Origin: Octopus vulgaris
Lineage: Eukaryota
Assembly: GCA_951406725.2 (NCBI GenBank)
Contig: OX597814.1
Location: forward strand, 98,890,001 to 98,954,000
Direction: 5' to 3'
DNA: 64,000 nt
Shown: piece by piece, positions 54,277 through 64,000 of the stretch
Position numbering within the stretch: the first letter of the stretch is position 1
Layout of the letters: each line of letters starts with the position of its first letter
Notes under the pieces: generated by a model
What the model was told of the DNA's origin: nothing
Database searches by the model: none
Seen by the model: the letters and a program-made list of their open reading frames with translations, nothing else
Program-made: the position numbers and the translations under genes

Positions 54277-54896
54277 GAGTGAGAGAAAAAACGAAAACAT
54301 CACGCAACATTTCTTGTTGGAGAAACATACAATACTAATAGTTTGACTCAGCTTCACATTGCTTAGAACATTTGCTCATCATCAGATATTTGAAGACAAA
54401 GGAGAGAGAATTGTGAAGAAAATCTTTGACAGGGTTTCATTACTCATTTGTCAACCACACTACCTTGAGAAACTGCACATATCCCACCAGCCCGCAGTAG
54501 TCATCTAATGATAATAGTTACTTGGTCTTTATTATTACCACAAAAGGTACGCCCGTTCTTGATCTTCAAGACGTTGGGCGCCGATAAGCTGGGTATGCCA
54601 CACTTACCGTATCTCGCCTGAGCTCATTAGCAGGTGATATTACAGGCTACACTGAATACCATACAGAATGACGAATGTCCAGTCACTAGTATCCTAAGTA
54701 AGGAACTTATGTCGCTGAAATATCCCATCCTACCAGATGTCGTCTAAGTGACGCCAACATTCTGTATACTCCACTATAGGGACTTGCCCATAGAATAATG
54801 TTGCCATTATAGTAAAATCAACCACTTGACCTGAATTGACTAATGGAGACTTACGTAATCTTACTTAGAAGCCATTTGAAATTTTGTGGCTATATA

Positions 54897-55285
54897 TCTT
54901 TTATCTTTTACTTGCTTCGGTCATTAGACTGCGGTCATGCTGAGGCAACGCCTTGAAGAATTTTATTTGAATGAATTGACTACAGTACTAACATTTTAGA
55001 TCTGGTACTTATTCTATCGGTGTCTTTTGCCGAACCGCTATATTACAGGGACGTAAACACACCAACACCGATTGTCAAGCGGTGGCAGGAGAAACACAGA
55101 CACAAAGACACAAACATAGAGATATAGATATATACGACTAACTTCTTTCAGTTTCTGTCTACCAAATCCACTCACAAGGTTTTGGTCGGCCCGAGACTAT
55201 AGTAGAAAGCAGTTGCCCAAGGTATCACGCAGTGGGCCTGAAACCGGAACCATGAGACTGAGAAACAAACTTCTTGCTACATAAC
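54897..55285 (-). mobile_element. SINE family B
   Basis: Same diagnostic motifs as 32440-32852. Confidence 0.8.
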
Positions 55286-55380
55286 ACATAAATATGCATA
55301 CACACATGCATACATACATACATACATACATACATACATACATACATACATACATACATACATACATACATACATACATA

Positions 55381-56608
55381 CATGTGATGGACGAAATAAT
55401 GGAAACACCTTAAAATTTCAAACAAATTTACTTTAATATAGGGTAGGACCGCCTTTGGTAGTAATTACAGCTTGAATTCTACGTGGTATGGACTCGTACA
55501 AAGTTTGAATTGTTTCCAAAGGAATTTTTACCCATTCTTCAGTTAAAACAGTCTTCATTTCTTGTAGAGATAATGGTGGAGGATATCGACCCCTTACTTG
55601 GTTTTCTAAAATACACCATGAATCTTCAATAATATTGAGATCTGGGGACTGTGGTGGCCAAATAAGATGTTCAACTTCACTCGTGCCAATCAGTAACAAC
55701 TTTAGTTGTATGAATTGGTGTATTATCATCCAGAAAGATTGCGTTTCCTCCAGAAACAGTTCCGCAACCATAGTATGAATTTGATCGGATAAAATGTTTA
55801 AATAGTCTTGACTATTAATTCTGCTCGAAGGGAAACTATTGGGCCGGCGGATTTCCAAGATATAGCCCCCCACCCAGATCATCACAGATCCTCTTCCATG
55901 TTTGGCAGTTAGAAGAAGGCAGTCTGTGTCAAATGCTTCTTTTGGCTGTCTCCACACGTATACTCATCCGGTGGCTGGAAATAAGGCAAAGGATGACTCG
56001 GCCGAGGAAATAACATTTTTCCACTGCTCTAGGGAGCAATTGTGTAGGTTTTTACTCCACTCAAAGCGCTTTGCAACGTTTGTTTTTGAAAGTAGTGGTT
56101 TTCTGATTGCAGCCCTCCCGTGAAATCCGGCTTTGTGCCGCTCCCGGTGAACAGATTTTGTGCAGACTGGGTCCTCGAGGTGGTCAATAAGCTCTGCAGT
56201 AATTTTGGGTGCTATACTTTTGTTCTCTTTTCTAACAATTCGCGTAAGAGTCCGACGGTCCCTATCTGAAAGTTTTGGTTTTCTTCCGGAGTTTTGTTTC
56301 CCTCTTTCTCAAAGTCAGAACTTCTTGATACACCAAACATTTCGGCTTTTTTCGTTACGCTAGCGCCGATCATACGATCACCGACAATTTGACCTCTTTG
56401 AAAGTCCGCTAGATATGTCATTTTAATGAATTTTAATAACCTTTTTCTAATGATATCTGAAAAGAAACAGCAATTTTAGCAAAACATATTAAGCAACACT
56501 AATAATAAATCAAAAAACAAAACTAAACAAGCTATTAACGGTTTTATAGATATTTCAAAATTATGATGCTTTGATGCTAGGTGTTTCCATTATTTTGTCC
56601 AACTCCTG
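55381..56608 (-). mobile_element. full-length decayed Tc1-family DNA transposon inserted in (TACA)n
   Basis: 30-bp TIRs catgtgatggacgaaataatggaaacacct / aggtgtttccattattttgtccaactcctg (4 mismatches), with TA on both sides. Transposase remnants LADFQRGQIVG...ASVTKKAEMFGVSRS, TAKHGRGSVMIW, WPPQSPDLNIIEDSW, LYESIPRRIQAVITTKGGPT.Y, with frameshifts. Confidence 0.93.
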
Positions 56609-56616
56609 TACATACA

Positions 56617-56647
<31 letters not shown>

Positions 56648-56665
56648 CATACATACATACATACA

Positions 56666-56697
<32 letters not shown>

Positions 56698-56767
56698 CAT
56701 ATACATATATATATACATATACATATATATAAATTAATCAAAATAAAAACATGATGCCAAGAATTCA

Positions 56768-56845
56768 GCGGTACATATGTTTCGGGCCTTTATTAGACGT
56801 ATTTATAACAATGCATAATGTATGTCTGTGGCCTTCTTCAGCCGC
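56768..56845 (-). ncRNA. type-I hammerhead ribozyme motif with intact core
   Basis: Minus: gcgg CTGAAGA aggcc-(long loop with agac/gtct)-ggccc GAAA catatg TA ccgc. Palindromic stem III acatatgt and GUA triplet. Lies in about 210 bp of unique sequence between TA-rich tracts. Confidence 0.72.
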
Positions 56846-57034
56846 GTACAACAACTTTCACAAGGACATGTATTGCATCAAAAATTCTTGGTTGGGGATG
56901 CAAATCCTCTCATTCGCGTACGACATAATGCGGCAACAGCATATGTATATACATATATATATACATATATATATATACATAATCACACACACGCACAAAC
57001 ACACACACACACGCACAAACACACACACGCACAC

Positions 57035-57138
<104 letters not shown>

Positions 57139-57711
57139 TTGTAAGTTCTATACAGCAAAAATCTGAAGTACTGAAATAAAAGTAGGTAAACAAATGCTTT
57201 CAGATACTGAACCATATGAAAATATAAACGCAATCCTTCTGAGCATTCATTGTATTGAACAAAGATGGGTAGTTTTCTGACGGACCGCCTCCTGACTTGT
57301 GCTCGCTCTCAGAAAAAGCTTACCCAATCTTCTTAAATGTATCAACAGAAGAAAGTGTTAACCTGCGTCACAAAGCAGCTGGCAATATGACCATTACCAT
57401 GGTGTATACTTCATATACATATTTGTACTTTAGAAGGCTTTATATGACACATCTTAAAGTAAACTAATATATTTTATGCACAACAATGCGTCGATTTGAA
57501 GTACTAGATTGAATTTTGTGAATTGTTGGTCGCTCCACAGAAAAATACCCAATATTCTTCACCAGTTGATACCAAAGAGTGTTCGTTTCCCAAATAAAGT
57601 GGTTGTTGATTAAGTTACTGTAGTAGGTAGCTTAATTTGTATATTCATGCTTTAGACAGCTCGTCATTTGTTAAATCCACATATAGAAATACATATATTA
57701 GTTTCAAATAT

Positions 57712-57945
57712 TTACTTCTTTATTGCCCACTGGGGGCTAAACATAGAGGGGACAAACAAGGACAGATAAAGGGATTAAATTGATTACGTCGACCCAGTGC
57801 GTAACTGGTACTTATTTAATCGACCCCGAAAGAATGAAATACAAATTCGACCTCGGCGGAATTTGAACTCAGAACGTAACGGCAGACGAAATACATCTAA
57901 GCATTTCGCCCGGCATCCTAACGATTCTGCCAGATTGCCGCCCAA
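57712..57945 (-). mobile_element. SINE family A
   Basis: ctggtacttatttaatcgaccccgaaagaatgaaatacaaattcgacctcggcggaatttgaactcagaacg. Confidence 0.8.
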
Positions 57946-58035
57946 TTAGTTTCAAATAGCTGAACTCATAACGTGAAGATCCGACGATACCGTTAAGTAC
58001 CTTGCATTTGCACGGAAATATATATATGTATATAG

Positions 58036-58134
58036 TCGCAGGTGTGGCTATGAGGTAAGTAACTTACCTCCCAACAAGTTGGTTCCGGGTTCAGTCTCAC
58101 TGCGTGCGTGTGTGTGTGTGTTTGTGTGTGTGTA

Positions 58135-58220
<86 letters not shown>

Positions 58221-58405
58221 TCTCCCCACCATCGCTTGACAACTGATGTTGGTGTCCGCAAAACGTAGCGGTTCGTCAAAAGAGACCGGTAGAATAAGTA
58301 ACAAACTTACAAAGAATAAATCCTCTGGTCGATTTGCTCGACTAAAGGCGGTGCTCCAGCATGACCACAGTTAAATGACTGAAATAAGTAAAAGAATAAA
58401 AGAAT
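58036..58405 (+). mobile_element. SINE family B with (TG)n replacing the body
   Basis: Head cgcaggtgtggctatgaggtaag...ggttcagtctcactgcg, then (tg)n, then tail atcgcttgacaac...aaatgactgaaataagtaaaaga. Confidence 0.8.
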
Positions 58406-58504
58406 ACACATATATATGTATATGTGTGTGTATGTGTGTGTGTGTATTTATACACACATGCATGCATGTATATATACATGAATACATACATATGCTTATG
58501 TATG

Positions 58505-58535
<31 letters not shown>

Positions 58536-59707
58536 GTATATATATACGCACACACGTATATTTACGTATATTTTGTAAGTATTATATATGTCCACATATA
58601 CAAACAGGGGTGAACATTTTTGATAATATTTCATACCCAACAGTTATTACTATTTTCAGAACTACTTTACAGAGCTAGGCGTCTGCATCAGAGTGACCTG
58701 ATGTGTCACCCCTGTTTAATCGCTCCCTACACCGCTGATGTATTATCTATATTAGAGTACTTCTAACCTATCCAGAAGAGTGCAGCTGCTGCTAGCCCAA
58801 AAATGTTTGATTTCATTTTCCAATAAACGTCAATTGTCAGCACATTGCACCCACATGACAAGCAAAAATACTTTCTTTCTGTGTCTCTTATCGGTACTCT
58901 CTTCGCTAGGTAACACTTTGAACAACATCCAGGTAGTGGTGTTGCGTACGGGAGTTTCAGGGTTTTGAGGAGTGTGGAACCAGAATTATTCCCAGGTCTA
59001 CTCCGATCTGGAGTAGTAGCACCTGTTAGGGTCTCTGATGTAGGTTAACTAACATGTGTACCACCCCTTTAAGCCCGGGCTACATCTGCAGCGATAATCG
59101 GCTCTGATTTGGTCAGTGAATTCTCTGCAATGGTTGACAATCGACGGTAAGATGAGCTGCTCCGGATTACACTATTCCAAAGTGTATATGCATGTGACCA
59201 GGGACCACATGTGAACTTGTATTCCCACTGAAACTCCGAGCATGATCTCTACTCCTCAACAACGAACGATGACTACGGCTACGACGTCTGCGCTTTAGGA
59301 TACGTTCACTCTGCTAGTGGAACATTTGTCAAATTTGCAAGCTGGATATTTGGGCTGCAGGTAGAAGCATTATTTTGCTTACTAGAACGTCAGACCGACC
59401 GTCTGATGTGGTGAAATCGTTAGTCCTGAGTAAATATCCCCACATGTACAAGTAACTACTGAGCAAGAAATCTACGCACCATATCTATTCAAACTCGTCC
59501 AATAAACCTATCAACTTTGTGCCAAACCTAATCTCCGCTACTGTGCATTTTTCTCATTTTATCTTTTCTATTACTATAACTCTTTGATAATCATTCTCTG
59601 CCCTCGTTTTACCTTACACGCCTCGGCGTCAGAAGGGCTTGTAATTTTATAAGATCTGCACTAAAATATTTAATATCAATTATATTTAGTTTTGCATTAA
59701 TACATAT

Positions 59708-59995
59708 GTCAAATTTTGGCACAAGGCTAACAATTTCGATGGAGGAAGTAAATCGATTACACCGATCCCAGTGTTCAATTGGTTCTTATTTTATCGACCC
59801 CGAAAGGATGAAAGGTACTGTTAATCTCTGCGGAATTTGAACTCAGAAGGTAAGGCCGCTAAACATTTCGCTCGGTATGCTAACGATTCTGCAAGCCCGC
59901 CGCTTTAAGTTTTGCAATAATATAGACACAGGTTATCAAAGGTGGCGAGCTGACCGAATCATTAGCACGCCGGGCCAAATGCTCTGCGGCATTTG
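59708..59995. mobile_element. head-to-head SINE family A copies (minus 59708-59905, plus head 59940-59995)
   Basis: ttttatcgaccccgaaaggatgaaagg...gctaacgattctgcaagcccgccgc, then ggtggcgagctgaccgaatcattagcacgccgggc. Confidence 0.7.
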
Positions 59996-60010
59996 CATAT
60001 ACATATATGC

Positions 60011-60066
<56 letters not shown>

Positions 60067-60153
60067 CTTACATATATAGACACCACATAGATACAGCTCT
60101 TTATACCTGCGTAGCTATGTACCACATTATGGTCTTGCTTAAAATCTATCTAC

Positions 60154-60209
<56 letters not shown>

Positions 60210-62087
60210 ATATCGTTCTATATTTCTTCGTTCTTCTTTTCTGTCTCTATATAACTAGTTTTTCCCTTTCTACTCTCTATTTATGTTATTCTCTGAGTAA
60301 GTCTTCTCAACTCTCGTTTTCTTTAATTATTCTAATTCACTTCACTCACACTTGTCACCACCACCTTTATTTTTCATTATCTAGATATCTTTTCCCTCCA
60401 CTTTTTTTTTTACCTTCTTTATTACTATTTATTTCACTCTTCGCACACCTTCACCACTTCCGGAACCCCTCAATTTTCTACTGTTTTTTTTTTCTTTTGT
60501 TTTCCTCTTCCTTTCTTCCCTCTCACAAACTTACTTATGCGCAGACTTTCCTACCCTCCTCCTCCTCCTCCTCCTCCTCTCACTCTTACTCTCTTTGCGT
60601 ATGTATATTTCTTTCTCCTATTTACCAATTTTCTTATTCTGCCATTCACCCAATCCCTCATTCCCAGCTCTAAACATCACTGTCTGTAAACTCTCAAAGT
60701 ACAGTTGTACTTCCTCTATTACTATAATTGTCACGTGACAGACGGCAAATGCACCGAAGTACCTTCCATTTTGCTCTGCATGTAGTAGAGGTTTTTTCCC
60801 TTATCATAAGGAACGCCCACAACTCACGCCTCATTTAAAATAGGAGCCTCAACTATTATTATTCCCCCAAATGTATGACCTTGTGCTAAAGTTATTAGTT
60901 ATGTTATCAATATATTTATTTATTCCCTTTCCTTTTCGTGTGAAAAATATAGCTTTATTAAGGATTAATTCTCACTGCAAAATTTCTGGTATACCCAAAG
61001 CCCTACTTCGGAACTTATTTCTCACCCTTCCTCTATATTTGTGATGAATTCTTTGATTATGTCTTTGTTTCTGATTTTCAATTTTCTTTCCTTTATTTTT
61101 CCTATTCTCTTTCTCTTTCCATTCTCTTTCGTATTTTCTTCCTTATACTTTCTTCAAAGTGGAAAACAGGTGTCGGGGTACTTTTTTCACCAATTACTCC
61201 AAAATATATTTATTTACGCCGATGTTACCCTCTTGATTTAAAAGGAAGAAAATTATAGATTCTTATAACCCAAAAGGTGTATTGACTCTATTTATACGGA
61301 GAATACAATTATAAATATAAAAAATATAAAACAAATGCGATAATATCCTCATTATGAAACAAAAGGATTTTTCTCGATACTTTTTCACTTCAGGTTTTGG
61401 AGAAATGATGTTTCATTTTTGTTACTATTACATAAAAATTGGGGTATTTTGATGCCAGAGCAATCTGGATACAGTGTTCGAGGTTCAATCGATTTCATTA
61501 AAGGGTTGAAATGAATAACTACTTAAATCTACTTAAACAAAGCGAAAACACGTTTGTCAAAAAATAAGGTTAACGCGGATGATAGACAATTGAAAAATAA
61601 TATCTGTTTAGTCACTTGACAGCACCTTCTCAACTAAATTGTTTGTAGTTCAAAATGGCGTGACGTCTCCTAAACATGTCCATTACATTAGGCAGATGCA
61701 GAAGAAAAATTTCTGTCGTAACAAAGAGTATATCTTTTATGTAATTTTACCTGTCAAATAGTCCTCATTACCCACCAAAATTTCATTTTTACACCACATA
61801 GGTAAACTAGCTGATAAAATAATCTCCAAGAGTTAATAATTCTAAAATTTAAGAGCTGTACATTCTGCTGACTAGAAAGATATTTGACATGGAAAATTCA
61901 GAATGTTTAAAGGATCGTGCAGTTAGTTATAAGGGCAATAAAATATAATTAGGGAACAAACGGAAATGAATCCAGTAAACTTAGTGATGCAGTACAGTTG
62001 ACTTGATCGAAGGGTGAAGTTTATCAGAAGCAAAATGGATAATAATGAAGCACATGAACTTTCTTTGGAAGCATTTGGTACTGATGA

Positions 62088-62117
62088 CCCTAACCCTAAT
62101 CCTAACCCTAACCCTAA
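62088..62117 (-). repeat. short interstitial telomere-like (TTAGGG)5 tract
   Basis: ccctaa ccctaa tcctaa ccctaa ccctaa. Confidence 0.8.
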
Positions 62118-62625
62118 TAGGCGCTTGAAAAGCAGCTATTTCTATATGAAGACGACTGCAAGTGTCGGAGAATATGAATAACACAATTCCCCTTTAGTTT
62201 TTGCTATAGTGTAAGATGCTTAATAATATGATGAAAAACAGGCATCGTAAAAGACATAAATGGATTACTAATCAATAAATCAATAAAAGACCAATCAGTC
62301 AATTTATATGTGTACTGTATATATGTATGTGTGTGCACGCACTTGTGTGTACATGTACATAGATTTATAATTACATAGTAGTTTAAGATGTATGACATAA
62401 GTATTTAGATCTCCATGTTTCGTTGTCTATATCGAAAAAGAAAGATATGAATATAACTCGTGTTGTCCATCTTAGGCGAATTTCAGTAATGATAATGAGT
62501 GGATAATGCAGCTGATTCAGTGAAGACCTCAGAAACCTATCCAACCCACATTGCTTACTCCGGACAATATTTTTACAAAAACTTGTGTAGTAATGCATGC
62601 ATATATGATACATACATATATATAT

Positions 62626-62695
<70 letters not shown>

Positions 62696-62923
62696 GCACA
62701 CACGCACGCACGCCCACGTGCACACGCGCAAACACACGCACGCACGCCCACGTGCACACGCGTAAACACACGCATGCACATACAAACACATAGATACATG
62801 CATACATCAATACAAACACACATAGATACATACATACATACACATACATACATACACATACATACATACACATACATTTATACATGTGTGTGTGTCACTC
62901 TCTCTCTATATATTATATATGTG

Positions 62924-62962
<39 letters not shown>

Positions 62963-63550
62963 ATATGTATGTATATATATGTATATATCAGAGGGATCAT
63001 GTTGATCTCTAGATCTCATCTGTGCACTATATATATATATATATATATACACACACATATATATATATATGTATTTATGTATACACATACATAATATATA
63101 TACATATCATACAAGTTTGTGTGAGTGCGCGCGGGTGTGTATGCGCAACATAAGCAGTATAAGTTTAAAACAGCAATCTGTCTATCATTCTTAGTGCAGA
63201 TACATCACAAACAACTACATTAAAGACAGTATTCGTCCTGAGATAACAGTTCTGATAGACGCATAGTGTTAGATCACACAATAACATATACAGTATATAT
63301 ATATATCAATAACAGACAAAAATCAGCAATCAGGTGTGACGGTGTTGCTCGATACATATTTCTGCCTTACTTTGTCAGCATCATGTAATACACTGGCAAC
63401 TGCATGCTAAGACGAAATCCGCTGTCACTGATATAGGAAAACAGTGACTGAAAAATAACCAGCTCAAAGAGGCAAAAATGGGTATCTGGAAATACCACTA
63501 TCGCTGTCGGACGATTATATTTATATATATATAAATATAAATATGAATAT

Positions 63551-63629
<79 letters not shown>

Positions 63630-63649
63630 TTGTGTGTGTGTGTGTAGTA

Positions 63650-64000
63650 TTCTTTTATTCTTTTACGCGTTTCAGTCGTTTTGGTTGCGGCCATACTGGA
63701 GCACTACCTTAAGAGTTTTTTTTTTAGTCGAAGAATTCGACCTCTAGACTTACTCTGTTGGCTTAGTAAACGATAAACGTCTCCCTTTTCAAGCCTAGCC
63801 AGGCTCATGGGCCTGGTTTCCCGGTTTCTGTGGCGTATGTGTTCCCCACCAGCTGGATAGGACACCAGTCCATCGCAGCCTTACTTAAGAAACAGGAAGA
63901 GAGAGTGAAAGAAAGTTGTGGCGAAAGAGTACAACAGGGACCGCCACCCCACCCCACCCCTGCCGGAACCTCATGGTGCTTTTAGGTGTTTTCGCTAAAT
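63650..64000 (-). mobile_element. SINE family B tail fragment (63650-63760) followed by SINE family C with tail type 2 (63778 to window end)
   Basis: gcggccatactggagcac, then caagcctagccaggctcatgggcc...ccagctgga...ccagtccatcgcagc...aaagttgtggcgaaagagtaca. Confidence 0.75.

Noticed and set aside
62081-62135. CTGATGA immediately before the telomeric repeats as a hammerhead
   Set aside because: No stem I pairing or properly placed cleavage triplet, so it is likely chance.
63340-63390. Minus-strand CTGACAA...GAAA tatg TA hammerhead-like string
   Set aside because: The core is mutated and stems I and II do not pair.

Overview
AT-rich eukaryotic, repeat-saturated DNA with no recognisable host protein-coding gene. 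It looks intergenic or deep-intronic. The very dense (TA)n/(CA)n/(TACA)n/(TATC)n microsatellites and the SINE repertoire suggest a coleoid cephalopod, probably Octopus (inference). Most ORFs in the supplied track are microsatellite artefacts. The real coding remnants are all mobile elements: a 5'-truncated Penelope-like element (RT + GIY-YIG), several restriction-like-endonuclease (R4/Dong-type) LINE fragments sitting in microsatellites, a CR1/L2-group 3' end nested in one of them, a Tx1/L1-type RT fragment, an RTE-type 3' end and a decayed full-length Tc1 transposon. Non-coding elements include two Helitron-type loci (one a head-to-tail dimer), pogo-type and hAT-type MITEs, and many tRNA-derived SINEs with interchangeable tails. 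The most notable signal is nine minimal type-I hammerhead-ribozyme-like motifs from about six unrelated short elements, most next to microsatellites. Some are in inverted pairs, one is in a 537-bp direct-repeat-bounded unit, and two unrelated families share a CCGACGA core variant. Coordinates were read by eye, and boundaries of decayed repeats are approximate.
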